A stretch of DNA of 64,000 nt from Mangrovimonas sp. YM274 (GTDB lineage: Bacteria > Bacteroidota > Bacteroidia > Flavobacteriales > Flavobacteriaceae). This document shows, piece by piece, positions 26,765-36,695 of this stretch (positions are counted from its first letter, which is position 1; every line of letters starts with the position of its first letter). Location: the NCBI RefSeq assembly GCF_030908385.1, contig NZ_CP133091.1, positions 1,658,128 to 1,722,127 of the forward strand. Reading direction: 5' to 3'. Made by a program: the position numbers and the translations under genes. The notes beneath the pieces are model-generated. The model was not told the DNA's origin. It saw only the letters and a list, made by a program, of their open reading frames with translations, and did not search any database.

Positions 26765-28189
26765 ATGGTTTTTAAAAATATACAATTTCCAAACGGCTCA
26801 TCGGTACTCGTTACACTGTTCTGTATATTGGGGTTTACAGTTCAGGGACAGGTTGTTTCTGATAGTGTTTTTACCTTGGAAGAATATTTGGGTTATGTAA
26901 AACAGTACCATCCTATTGTGAAACAGGCGCAATTAATGGCGAGCGAAGGGGAAGCTAAACTTTTGAAGGCGCGAGGTGCCTTCGACCCTAAGATAGAAGT
27001 AGATTATAACACAAAGGAATTTACGGGGACCGAATATTATGATAAGCTCAATGCAGCCTTTAAAATTCCCACTTGGTATGGAATAGAACTAAAGGCCAAT
27101 TACGAAAACAATGAAGGTTATTATTTAAATCCTGAAGCCACGGTGCCAGAAGATGGGCTGTATAGCGCAGGGGTGTCCATGTCTTTGGCTAAAGGATTTT
27201 TGGCTAATGAGCGCATGGCAACCTTAAAGCAAGCAAAGCTGTACAGGGACATTAGTTTAAACAAGCAGAGTTTGGCTGTAAATGAGGTTCTCTACAAGGC
27301 AGTGGAGACCTATTTTAGCTGGTTAAAGTACTACCAGGAATACCAAGTATATACCTCTTTTCAAGAGAATGCTCGGGAACGCTTAGCTAATGTAGTGGTT
27401 AGTTTTGAAGCAGGGGACAAGCCTGCTGTTGATACTCTGGAGGCAAGTATCAATTTTAAAAATAGAGCTCTGGATGTTGAAAAATCCAGAATCAACTATG
27501 TGAAATCCCAATTGGAACTTTCCAATTATTTGTGGTTGGAAAATAATATCCCTGTAGAATTGGATGCTAGTCTGCTGCCAGATGAAAACTCTTTTTTTAT
27601 CGCAGATCAAGTTTTAAATAGTAGTTTATTGGAGGTTAACGAAGAACTTTTGGAAAATCACCCCAAAATACAGACAATCAATTTGGAAAAAGAGCAATTG
27701 ATTTTAGAAAAACGACTGAATACAAATAACCTTTTGCCTAAAATAGACGTACAATATAATTTTTTAACAAGCGATTATGAACGGATTAATTCGTTGACTA
27801 CCCATAATTACAAGGCAGGGCTTAATATAAGTATGCCGTTGTTTTTGAGAAAGGAACGCGGTGACTTGAAGCTAACTAAATTGAAACTACAAGATGTGGA
27901 GTTTAGTTTGTCGGCTACAAAGGTAAGTTTGCAAAATAAACTTAACGCGGTGCAACAAGAAATAAGCTCCTATGAAACTCAAAGCAATATAGCTCAAAAT
28001 TTGGTAGATGATTATACCCAATTGGTAGCTTTTGAAGAAGAACGTTTTGAATTGGGAGAGGGCTCCTTGTTTTTGATCAATTATAGAGAGGCCAAATTAA
28101 TTGAAACGGAATTAAAGCGTATTGATATTAATAATAAAGTATTGGTGACAAAGGCTAAGTTTGCCCAAATATTAAATACCTTGGAGTAG
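26765..28189 (+). CDS. TolC-family outer-membrane channel
   Basis: 474 aa with a signal peptide and the duplicated TolC repeat. It starts 10 nt after the HlyD stop. Confidence 0.85.
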   Translation: MVFKNIQFPNGSSVLVTLFCILGFTVQGQVVSDSVFTLEEYLGYVKQYHPIVKQAQLMASEGEAKLLKARGAFDPKIEVDYNTKEFTGTEYYDKLNAAFKIPTWYGIELKANYENNEGYYLNPEATVPEDGLYSAGVSMSLAKGFLANERMATLKQAKLYRDISLNKQSLAVNEVLYKAVETYFSWLKYYQEYQVYTSFQENARERLANVVVSFEAGDKPAVDTLEASINFKNRALDVEKSRINYVKSQLELSNYLWLENNIPVELDASLLPDENSFFIADQVLNSSLLEVNEELLENHPKIQTINLEKEQLILEKRLNTNNLLPKIDVQYNFLTSDYERINSLTTHNYKAGLNISMPLFLRKERGDLKLTKLKLQDVEFSLSATKVSLQNKLNAVQQEISSYETQSNIAQNLVDDYTQLVAFEEERFELGEGSLFLINYREAKLIETELKRIDINNKVLVTKAKFAQILNTLE

Positions 28190-28424
28190 ATTAGATAATG
28201 TTCCCGAGATAAAACAACTCTTACTATCTAATGGTTAATTATGCTTTGGAGCAGGTCATAGTTTAACCGCATCCTTTTTCAGTTATCTTTGTAAAGGTTT
28301 CGCATATGTTCATTTTGGGAATTTTGGGGCTGCGAAATCGGTAATCCATAAATAGTTCAGCTTTTCAATTAAAATGTAACCTTATTTGAATTGAGAATAC
28401 ATGCCAAAATATCTCAAATAAATT

Positions 28425-30239
28425 ATGATTGTTATGGACAATTCTACAGGGGCTTCGCAGCACAGGCTTTTTGATTTTTTAATAGGAGACAATATTAATA
28501 AGTTGCCTGAAAACTTTTTGCAATATAAAAAAGAGGATACTTGGCTACATTATCCGCCAACTCAATTCAAGGAGAACGTCTTTAGTCTAGCAAACTCTCT
28601 ATTAGTAAAAGGTATTAATGGCAATGGATCTACTGTAGAAGAAAGATCTAAAGTTGGATTGATTTGTTTTTCATCGCCAGATTGGCTTCTTATTGATTTG
28701 GCGGTACAAGTTACTGGGGCTGTTTTGGTGCCGTTGTACCCCAACATTTCAAAAACTGAATTAGTGGCCATTTTTAATGAGGCAGCTTTGGAAGTTTGCT
28801 TTGTAGAGGATATGGAATTGTACAATCAGCTAGATTCCATAAAACAGGATCTTCCAAAACTCAAAGAAATATATGTAATCAACACTTCGGAGGCTTTACT
28901 TAGCTGGAAACAGTTGATACTGCCTTTTTCCAAAACTATTTATGAGAATGTTTTAACCTACGCCAATAAAGTTGATGAAACGGATGTTTGTACCATTATT
29001 TATACATCTGGTACCACTGGGACTCCCAAAGGCGTGATGTTGTCACATAAAAATATCTATTCCAATATGGAAGCTGTTTCCTCTGAGGTGTTTGAACATT
29101 TAATTCTAGATAAAAAACAGGCCCTTAGCTTCTTGCCACTAAACCATGTTTATGAAAAAATGGCATTGTATGTTTACATCTATAATGGTTTTACAATTTC
29201 ATTTGCCGAAAACGTTGGCAAAGTAGTTGAAAATCTGCAAGAAGTGAAACCTTATATGTTTTGTGCAGTTCCCAGACTTTTGGAAAAGGTTTATGAAAAA
29301 ATAATTTCCGTTGGAGAAGCACAAAGAGGATTTAAAAGAAATATCTTTTTTTGGGCAGTTAAATTGGCTAATCGATTTGAATTCAATCAAAAATTATCCA
29401 TTTCCTATAAGCTTCAACTTAGGCTTGCCGATATACTTATTTACAAAAAATGGCGGGATGCCCTTGGAGGTAATGTAAAAGCCATAATTATGGGCGGAGG
29501 AGCTTGCCAACAAAGGTTAATACGTGTGTTTGGAGCTGCAGGAATTAATGTTGTGGAGGGGTATGGGCTTACGGAAACATCTCCAATCCTTGCTTTTAAT
29601 CGTGTTAATGATATACAACCGGGAACTGTTGGAATGCCATTGAAGTCCGTGGAAATTAAGTTTTTGGAGGATGGGGAAATCTGCTGTAAGGGTGATAATG
29701 TAATGCAGGGGTATTTTAAACGTCCTGAAGAAACCCAGAAGGTATTGAAGGATGGTTGGTTTTGCACTGGAGATATAGGTGAAATGATTAATTCAAAGTA
29801 TCTCAAAATTACCGATAGGAAAAAACAAATGTTCAAGACTTCTGGAGGAAAGTATGTTGTGCCACAGCCTATTGAAAATAAAATGAAAGAAAGTTTTCTA
29901 ATTGAACAGATTATGGTTGTTGGAGAAGGTCAAAAGTTTGTTTCAGCATTGATAGTTCCCAATTTTTCAGGTTTAGCAGATTGGTGTCGAAAACATGGAG
30001 TCCTGTATAAAGGAAAGGAAAGTGCTTTAAAATCTGAAAAAATACGAGCGCTTTATAAAAGTATTATCGACAGATATAATCCTTTATTTAATCATGTTGA
30101 ACAAATTAAAAAGTTTGTATTGTTACCGGAAGAGTGGACGGTTGACAAAGGAGAGCTTACCCCAAGTATGAAAATAAAGAGAAAGGTCATTTTAAAAAAT
30201 CATGAAAATGACATAGCTCAACTTTACGGTCTAGAGTAA
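28425..30239 (+). CDS. Long-chain fatty acid--CoA ligase (AMP-dependent synthetase/ligase)
   Basis: 604 aa. It has the AMP-binding box IYTSGTTGTPKGVMLSHKN and a GYGLTETS motif. Confidence 0.85.
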   Translation: MIVMDNSTGASQHRLFDFLIGDNINKLPENFLQYKKEDTWLHYPPTQFKENVFSLANSLLVKGINGNGSTVEERSKVGLICFSSPDWLLIDLAVQVTGAVLVPLYPNISKTELVAIFNEAALEVCFVEDMELYNQLDSIKQDLPKLKEIYVINTSEALLSWKQLILPFSKTIYENVLTYANKVDETDVCTIIYTSGTTGTPKGVMLSHKNIYSNMEAVSSEVFEHLILDKKQALSFLPLNHVYEKMALYVYIYNGFTISFAENVGKVVENLQEVKPYMFCAVPRLLEKVYEKIISVGEAQRGFKRNIFFWAVKLANRFEFNQKLSISYKLQLRLADILIYKKWRDALGGNVKAIIMGGGACQQRLIRVFGAAGINVVEGYGLTETSPILAFNRVNDIQPGTVGMPLKSVEIKFLEDGEICCKGDNVMQGYFKRPEETQKVLKDGWFCTGDIGEMINSKYLKITDRKKQMFKTSGGKYVVPQPIENKMKESFLIEQIMVVGEGQKFVSALIVPNFSGLADWCRKHGVLYKGKESALKSEKIRALYKSIIDRYNPLFNHVEQIKKFVLLPEEWTVDKGELTPSMKIKRKVILKNHENDIAQLYGLE

Positions 30240-30678
30240 AATGTATTGCTACATCAAAAAAAAGGTTTTTTTAGGTTAGGATTTATTTGCTAATTGTTTT
30301 TGAGCTTGTTTGCTGATATACAAAAGCATATAGTTATGTGGCTCACTGTTAAACTTGAGTTCCATTACAAATTTTCAAATTATTTAAAAATATTTTTACA
30401 AAGACTGTAACAAATTACTTACTTTAACTACAAATTAATAGAGCTAAGGAATAGCGCAGACGCCTCAAGTCTGTTAGGAATTAACCAACCAAATCAAGGC
30501 TTTATAATGAGCTTTTATATGGTATTCCCTTACAAACAATAAACGTCTTCACCCTTAACCAATTTACGATTCCATGCTGCTAGCTTGGGTGAAAATGCAG
30601 ATTCCAATTTTTAACATGGTTTAAGTGTTATAGGCTCTATTTATAGACTTGTATTTCAATTTTAAATTTTCATACACC

Positions 30679-31311
30679 ATGGACTGGTTTGCTGCTCTTG
30701 ATGCTTTTAGCAAGTTTTATTGGATCATTGCCTTAATAGGCTCTTTAGTATTCCTTTTTATTATGGCTTCTACCTTTTTGGGAGCCGATGGTATAGATGA
30801 TGTGGAGGACGTAGATGCAAGTATCGATACTGATACAGGTATTGAATTTCAGTTTATAACCTTCAAAAACCTTATTGGGTTCTTTACCATTTTTGGATGG
30901 AGCGGAATTGGCTGTATTGAAGCTGGTTTGTCAAAACCTCTCAGCATCATTATTTCCTTAGCCTGTGGACTGGCAATGATGACCGTTATGGCTGCCATGT
31001 TTTACTATATGAAAAAATTAACCGATAGCGGTACCCTTAATTATAACAATGCCATTGGAGCTGTTGGTGAAATTTACCTCACTGTTGGTGCTAATCGGTC
31101 TAGAATGGGTAAGGTAAGCATTAGAGTACAAGGGACATTGAGAGAATTGGAAGCTCTTTCCGATTCTTTATTCGAATTAAAATCAGGTACCATTATTAAA
31201 GTGGTGGATGTTACCAGCAATGGCATATTAATCGTAGAAGAAACCAAAAAACCTATACAACCAATAAAATCAGAAATTTATGAACTACCTTCTTCCTCTG
31301 CAAAGCTTTAA
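30679..31311 (+). CDS. NfeD-like membrane protein (short YuaF/YqiJ type), partner of flotillin
   Basis: N-terminal TM helices are followed by a C-terminal OB-fold beta domain (GKVSIRVQGTLRELEALSD). The start is ambiguous between 30649 and 30679. It lies immediately upstream of the flotillin gene. Confidence 0.65.
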   Translation: MDWFAALDAFSKFYWIIALIGSLVFLFIMASTFLGADGIDDVEDVDASIDTDTGIEFQFITFKNLIGFFTIFGWSGIGCIEAGLSKPLSIIISLACGLAMMTVMAAMFYYMKKLTDSGTLNYNNAIGAVGEIYLTVGANRSRMGKVSIRVQGTLRELEALSDSLFELKSGTIIKVVDVTSNGILIVEETKKPIQPIKSEIYELPSSSAKL

Positions 31312-31324
31312 TCTAGCTTTCCCC

Positions 31325-32722
31325 ATGACAGTAGTATTTGCTGTCCTGTTTATTTTTGTCTTATTAATTATCTTAATAAAGCGTTACAAACGCTGTCCCT
31401 CAGACCGCATTTTAGTAGTTTACGGTAAAGTTGGAGGTGGCCAGTCTGCCAAATGTATTCACGGTGGAGCGGCCTTTATTTTACCGGTGATACAAGACTA
31501 TGAATTCTTGGATCTTACGCCTATTTCCATTGAAGTTAACTTGGTTAATGCTTTGTCCAAACAGAATATTCGTGTAAATGTGCCATCACGCTTTACCATT
31601 GGTGTGTCTACAGAACCTGGAGTTATGCAAAATGCAGCCGAACGTCTTTTGGGGCTTGGCCTTCAGGATATCCAAGAATTGGCCAAAGAGATTATTTTTG
31701 GACAATTACGCTTAGTTGTGGCTTCCATGGATATTGAGGAAATCAATTCCGATCGTGATAAATTCTTGACCAATATTTCCCAGAGTGTAGAGTCCGAATT
31801 AAAGAAAGTAGGTCTTAAACTTATCAACGTAAACATTACCGATATTGTTGACGAATCCGGATATATTGAAGCCTTAGGGAAAGAAGCTGCAGCTCATGCA
31901 ATCAATGCTGCTCGTAAATCGGTAGCCGAGAAAAATAGAGATGGATCTATTGGGGAGGCCAATGCAGTTCAGGATGAGCGCACCCAAGTGGCAGCCGCAA
32001 ATGCCCAAGCGGTAGAAGGAGAAAACACCGCTAAAATTGCTGTAGCCAATTCCGATTCCTTACGCCGTCAGCGTGAAGCAGAGGCAGAGCGTGTTGCAAT
32101 TGCAGCAGAAAAGGTACAGGCTGCAAAAGCTTTGGAGGAATCTTATGCTGCGGAGAAGGATGCTGAAATAGCCAGAGCAGAACGTGAACGTTCTTCACAA
32201 ATGGCAGACATCATAGTTCCAGCTGAAATTGACAAAAGCAAAGTTGAAATCGACGCTGAGGCTGAAGCCGAAATGATTCGTCGTAAAGCAAAAGGTGAGG
32301 CGGATGCAATTTTGTTCAAGGCACAAGCAGAAGCTCAAGGACAGTATGAAATCCTTACAAAGCAAGCTGCCGGTATGGAACAAATTGTAAAGGCGGCCGG
32401 GAATAATTCGAAAGATGCTGTATTGTTGTTGATTGCCGATAAATTACCAGAATTGGTAAGACTGCAGTCTGAAGCAATTAAAAATATCAAAATCGATAAG
32501 GTTACTGTTTGGGAGAATGGAAGCAATAATGGAGATGGCAAATCTTCTACAGCAAACTTCTTATCTGGAATGTATAAATCAGTGCCACCTTTACAGGAAA
32601 TGTTTAATATGGCAGGAATGGAACTTCCTGAATATTTAAAGGGGAAAGATCCAAAACCTTTAAACGGATCAGCTCCTGAAACAGCAGCTGTTAGTGAAGT
32701 GGAAACCACAGAAACAGAGTAA
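31325..32722 (+). CDS. Flotillin-family SPFH/band-7 protein (FloT/YqiK-like)
   Basis: It has an N-terminal TM region, an SPFH domain and a long Ala/Glu-rich coiled coil (EAERVAIAAEKVQAAKALEE...). The track ORF from 31280 overlaps the NfeD gene, and the second ATG at 31325 is more likely. Confidence 0.85.
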   Translation: MTVVFAVLFIFVLLIILIKRYKRCPSDRILVVYGKVGGGQSAKCIHGGAAFILPVIQDYEFLDLTPISIEVNLVNALSKQNIRVNVPSRFTIGVSTEPGVMQNAAERLLGLGLQDIQELAKEIIFGQLRLVVASMDIEEINSDRDKFLTNISQSVESELKKVGLKLINVNITDIVDESGYIEALGKEAAAHAINAARKSVAEKNRDGSIGEANAVQDERTQVAAANAQAVEGENTAKIAVANSDSLRRQREAEAERVAIAAEKVQAAKALEESYAAEKDAEIARAERERSSQMADIIVPAEIDKSKVEIDAEAEAEMIRRKAKGEADAILFKAQAEAQGQYEILTKQAAGMEQIVKAAGNNSKDAVLLLIADKLPELVRLQSEAIKNIKIDKVTVWENGSNNGDGKSSTANFLSGMYKSVPPLQEMFNMAGMELPEYLKGKDPKPLNGSAPETAAVSEVETTETE

Positions 32723-32735
32723 AAAAACAAAAAAA

Positions 32736-32764
32736 GATCCGCTCAATGAGCGGATCCTTTTGTT
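32736..32764. terminator. Bidirectional intrinsic terminator between flotillin (+) and the DUF3667 gene (-)
   Basis: A perfect 9 bp stem gatccgctc / gagcggatc is flanked by an A-tract on the 5' side and a T-tract on the 3' side. Confidence 0.65.
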
Positions 32765-32902
32765 GTAGGGATGACTCTTTGGATACTTCAAAAAGACATT
32801 GAATTCCATATTACGTTCGGAAAAATTGAAAAAGCTATACAAAGTACAGTTTATGAAGGAAGAAGTGGCCTCTTAATTAATCCTCTTTTTTAAAGTATTT
32901 AT

Positions 32903-33676
32903 TTAATTTTCTAAGAGGTAATGTTCATTTCCCGTTAGGTATAGAATTACAATATAGGATAGCATAAAGACAATCATGAAGATTGTGCCAACCAAAAGGA
33001 ATATTGAAAACCGAAACATGAATTGCTTTAAATTCAATTTGAACAGTCTTATAAGGCAGTAAGAAATGTAGATGATTTGTAGCGGCAGGGATATAAACAG
33101 AGCAATATCATTGTAATGAATACCAAAAGAGGATAAAAGAATGATTAAAATAGCCCCATAGATAGACGTTTGGGATATTAGGTATAAGTAGATTACCAGA
33201 TGTTCGGTGTAGTTGAAGGTTCTAACATTATAAAACACCACTCGGGATATGAGTGCGTGCATAGGAATGTAGAGTATGAAGACAAAGGATTGATGCTCCA
33301 TCACAAAATCCGTATTCTTTTTTTGAAGTTCAGCAGAAGCTCCATGAGTTAAGGTGCCCAAATCAAAAACCTTTGGAAAAATATGAGCCAGTATAAAATA
33401 TTGGATTCCTAAAACGGTCAGGGCAATGGCGAAATAGCTAATGACGTCCACATATTTTTTTCTTACACCATTTATGTAGCCAATAATGACATCTTCTGGC
33501 GCTCTAAAAAGAGTTAAAAAGGTTTGTATAAATAGATTGTCGTAGTTTAGGAAAGTCTCCGTAAAATACTCCAATAAATTTTTTATGGTCAGTCGATTTT
33601 TAATGACTTTTCCACCACATTGGTTGCAATATAAACTAGCCGAAGAAAGCGGTGTATGGCAGTTTTTGCATTCCAT
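32903..33676 (-). CDS. DUF3667-family membrane protein with an N-terminal zinc ribbon
   Basis: 257 aa. The N-terminus MECKNCHTPLSSASLYCNQCG is a CxxC...CxxC ribbon, followed by multiple TM helices. Confidence 0.65.
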   Translation of the reverse strand: MECKNCHTPLSSASLYCNQCGGKVIKNRLTIKNLLEYFTETFLNYDNLFIQTFLTLFRAPEDVIIGYINGVRKKYVDVISYFAIALTVLGIQYFILAHIFPKVFDLGTLTHGASAELQKKNTDFVMEHQSFVFILYIPMHALISRVVFYNVRTFNYTEHLVIYLYLISQTSIYGAILIILLSSFGIHYNDIALFISLPLQIIYISYCLIRLFKLNLKQFMFRFSIFLLVGTIFMIVFMLSYIVILYLTGNEHYLLEN

Positions 33677-33679
33677 CGT

Positions 33680-34462
33680 CTATGCTAAGTCGCGTTTGAG
33701 CATATTTATTAAATCATCGGAATCTTTAAACATGATGAACTCCCCATTTTTAATGTAGGATATTTGTCCAGTTTCCTCACTTACTACCAAAGCCAAGGCA
33801 TCGGTTTTTTCTGTGATACCTATTGCTGCTCTATGACGTAAACCAAAACGTTGGGGGATGTTTTTTTCGTTGTTTACGGGTAAAATAACACGTGTAGCTT
33901 TTACTACATTGTTTTCAATGATGATAGCACCATCATGTAATGGACTATTTTTAAAAAAAATACTCTCAATAATAGGTTGGGTTACGCCAATGCTCATGGA
34001 ATCTCCAGTTCCTGTTAAAAAGTCTAGATTGTTATTGCGTTCCAAGACTATCAGGGCTCCTGTTTGTGTAGCGCCCATTTTGGTACAGGCATTGACAATG
34101 GCAGAAATATCTGTGTTGGTTTCCACTTCATTTTTTAGGAATTTCATCTTACTGAAAATTTTCCGTTTCCCTCCCAGATTTGTAGAACCTACCATCAACA
34201 AAAACTTCCTGATTTCTGGTTGGAATACGACAATCAATGCAATAATCCCCACTTTCATGAAACCATCGAAAATGTTGTGGAGCATTTTCATATTGAGTAA
34301 ATCTGTGATCTTCCAAACAGAGTAAATAATGATAATCCCTATGAAAATGTTGATGGCTACAGTGCCTTTAACGAGTTTGTAAACATAGTAAAGTAGAATG
34401 GCCACTAGAAAGACGTCAATAAAGTCTACAATACTAAAATCCCAAAATTTTAAGTTCTCCAA
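33680..34462 (-). CDS. cdaA: Diadenylate cyclase CdaA (c-di-AMP synthase)
   Basis: 260 aa. An N-terminal TM region is followed by a DAC domain with DGAIII and RHRAAIGITEKTDALALVVSEETGQIS. Confidence 0.9.
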   Translation of the reverse strand: MENLKFWDFSIVDFIDVFLVAILLYYVYKLVKGTVAINIFIGIIIIYSVWKITDLLNMKMLHNIFDGFMKVGIIALIVVFQPEIRKFLLMVGSTNLGGKRKIFSKMKFLKNEVETNTDISAIVNACTKMGATQTGALIVLERNNNLDFLTGTGDSMSIGVTQPIIESIFFKNSPLHDGAIIIENNVVKATRVILPVNNEKNIPQRFGLRHRAAIGITEKTDALALVVSEETGQISYIKNGEFIMFKDSDDLINMLKRDLA

Positions 34463-34497
34463 GGCGTAGGTGTTTTTGTAAATTTAAAAAAATAAGA

Positions 34498-35166
34498 TTA
34501 ATAAATAAATTCTCTACGATCTATTGTAATAGGACCGTTTTCTGAGTAGGAAAGCACAGATTTTAATGAGATATAGTCCTGAAAGGTGTTATGCTTTTCA
34601 ATTGCCAGGATTAGGGTTCTTGGGCTGTTTTGGGCGTATAAAGAATCTTGAAGCGTATTAGTGAGCTGTTCCAAATTGGTATTTAATAGGTCAACATTGG
34701 AACTTATAATTTCTATATGCTCTGTATCGTGGTATTTTAGCAGGGATATACTTTTAGTTTCAGAACTATCAGGAGTTCTAGGTACAATGGTGTCGTAAAT
34801 TACTTCAGTGAAATCTATGAACCCTAAATTTTGAATGCTGGTATCATTACAGGTAAAGTAGTTCTTGGCATTTTCGTTTTTATGAAGCTCGGCATTACGC
34901 TTTTTATCTTGTAAAAACATGATTTTAGGAATGGCCTGTTCCAAAGTCAATCGCTTGTCTACATTAATCAGCCAATTGGTGGTGCTTATCAAATTTTTGC
35001 GGTTCAGTTCGATACTGTCGGGCAAAGTTTCATCATAAAATAGGTAAGCGGCAGATACATCATGGATTTTAGTGATGCTGGCATGTTCAATTTCCGGTAA
35101 CATAACCAGTTTGTCATTGCCACAAGACAAGCATAGCAAAACGATAAGCAAGCTGAAATACTTCAT
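34498..35166 (-). CDS. Hypothetical lipoprotein between cdaA and folP
   Basis: 222 aa with a signal peptide plus lipobox (LLCLSCG). There is no recognisable domain. It is operonic with folP and cdaA. Confidence 0.5.
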   Translation of the reverse strand: MKYFSLLIVLLCLSCGNDKLVMLPEIEHASITKIHDVSAAYLFYDETLPDSIELNRKNLISTTNWLINVDKRLTLEQAIPKIMFLQDKKRNAELHKNENAKNYFTCNDTSIQNLGFIDFTEVIYDTIVPRTPDSSETKSISLLKYHDTEHIEIISSNVDLLNTNLEQLTNTLQDSLYAQNSPRTLILAIEKHNTFQDYISLKSVLSYSENGPITIDRREFIY

Positions 35167-35173
35167 ATTGAGA

Positions 35174-35998
35174 TTAAGAGTTTAGTTGATTAAAAAGTTG
35201 CACACATTCCATAGCTTCCTTGACATCATGTACACGCAAAATGGAAGCCCCTTTTTGTAGGGCAATGGTGTTTAAAACCGTTGTGCCGTTTAAAGCGTGT
35301 TCTGGAGAGGTGTCCAAAACTTTGTAGATCATCGATTTTCTGGAAATACCTACCAAAAACGGAATGTCCAAATTTTTGAAGAGTTCCATGTGTTGTAACA
35401 GCTCATAGTTTTGGGTTAAGGTTTTAGAAAACCCAAATCCTGGATCGGCAATAAGGTCGTGGATACCCAAAGCTCTTGCGGCGGCCATACGCTCTGCAAA
35501 ATAGAACAGAATATCCTTGGTTAGGTTTTCATATTGGGTGTGCTGTTGCATGGTTTGCGGCGTCCCTCTCATATGCATCATGATGTATGGCACATGAAGT
35601 TTTGCCATGGTAGCTAACATGTTCTCATCCAATAGGCCCGCTGAAATATCATTGACCAAAGCGGCACCTGCTTCAATACAGGTTTTGGCCACCTCACTTC
35701 TAAAGGTATCTATGGAAATCAAGGTCTCAGGAAATTCTCTTAAAATCAATTCTACAATAGGAACGCTGCGTTGCAATTCTTCGGTTTCAGGAACATGCTC
35801 GGCATTGGGACGCGAACTGTAAGCACCCAAATCGATAAATGTGGCGCCATCCTCAAGCATGGAGGCCACTTTGTCCAGAATATCCTTTTCATTTTTGTAG
35901 CTCCCGCCATCGTAAAAAGAGTCGGGGGTTACATTTAAAATCCCCATTATTTTGGGAGTTGAAAGCTCTACAAGTTGTCCTTTGCAATTTATGGTCAT
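35174..35998 (-). CDS. folP: Dihydropteroate synthase
   Basis: It has the pterin-binding motifs (GILNVTPDSFYDGG; DIGAYSSRP). The track ORF extends to 36076, and an internal ATG at 35998 better matches FolP N-termini. Confidence 0.9.
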   Translation of the reverse strand: MTINCKGQLVELSTPKIMGILNVTPDSFYDGGSYKNEKDILDKVASMLEDGATFIDLGAYSSRPNAEHVPETEELQRSVPIVELILREFPETLISIDTFRSEVAKTCIEAGAALVNDISAGLLDENMLATMAKLHVPYIMMHMRGTPQTMQQHTQYENLTKDILFYFAERMAAARALGIHDLIADPGFGFSKTLTQNYELLQHMELFKNLDIPFLVGISRKSMIYKVLDTSPEHALNGTTVLNTIALQKGASILRVHDVKEAMECVQLFNQLNS

Positions 35999-36142
35999 GG
36001 TTTTTAACGAAGAATGAAGTGTAAAATTAAGGCGCTTATTTGAGAAAAAAGCAAATCCCGAGACATTTTTGGGCATGGCCCAAACTTTAAACCTTAAACT
36101 TTGATGTTTAAAGTTTTTTATGCGAAATTTACGGAAAATTAA

Positions 36143-36688
36143 ATGTATTCAATGCAAGAAACTTCAAAACAATACGATGAAGTCATTGCCACTTGTAGAG
36201 CCCTTTTTATCAATAAAATGAAAGATTATGGGAGCGCGTGGCGCATTTTAAGACTTCCTTCCCTTACAGATCAAATTTTTATAAAAGCCCAACGCATTCG
36301 CGGATTACAGGAAAACGACGTAAGAAAGATTGACGAAGATGAAACCAGTGAGTTCATTGGAATTATCAACTATTGCACGATGGCTTTGATTCAATTGGAG
36401 AAGGGTGTGGTTGAAAAACCAGATCTATCTGTTGAGGAAGCCACTAAATTGTATGATGAAAAGATTGCTTTGACCAAACAACTCATGATGGACAAAAATC
36501 ATGATTATGGTGAGGCTTGGAGAGATATGCGTGTGAGCAGCCTTACGGATTTGATCCTTCAAAAATTACTTCGTGTAAAAGAAATCGAAAACAATAAAGG
36601 CAAGACCTTGGTAAGCGAAGGCATTGATGCCAATTATCAGGATATGATTAACTACTCTGTTTTTGCCATGATTCATTTAACCCAATAA
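36143..36688 (+). CDS. DUF1599 domain protein
   Basis: 181 aa with two repeated segments (KDYGSAWRILRLPSLTDQIFIKAQRIR and HDYGEAWRDMRVSSLTDLILQKLLRVK). It is divergent from folP. Confidence 0.7.
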   Translation: MYSMQETSKQYDEVIATCRALFINKMKDYGSAWRILRLPSLTDQIFIKAQRIRGLQENDVRKIDEDETSEFIGIINYCTMALIQLEKGVVEKPDLSVEEATKLYDEKIALTKQLMMDKNHDYGEAWRDMRVSSLTDLILQKLLRVKEIENNKGKTLVSEGIDANYQDMINYSVFAMIHLTQ

Positions 36689-36695
36689 GCTTTTT

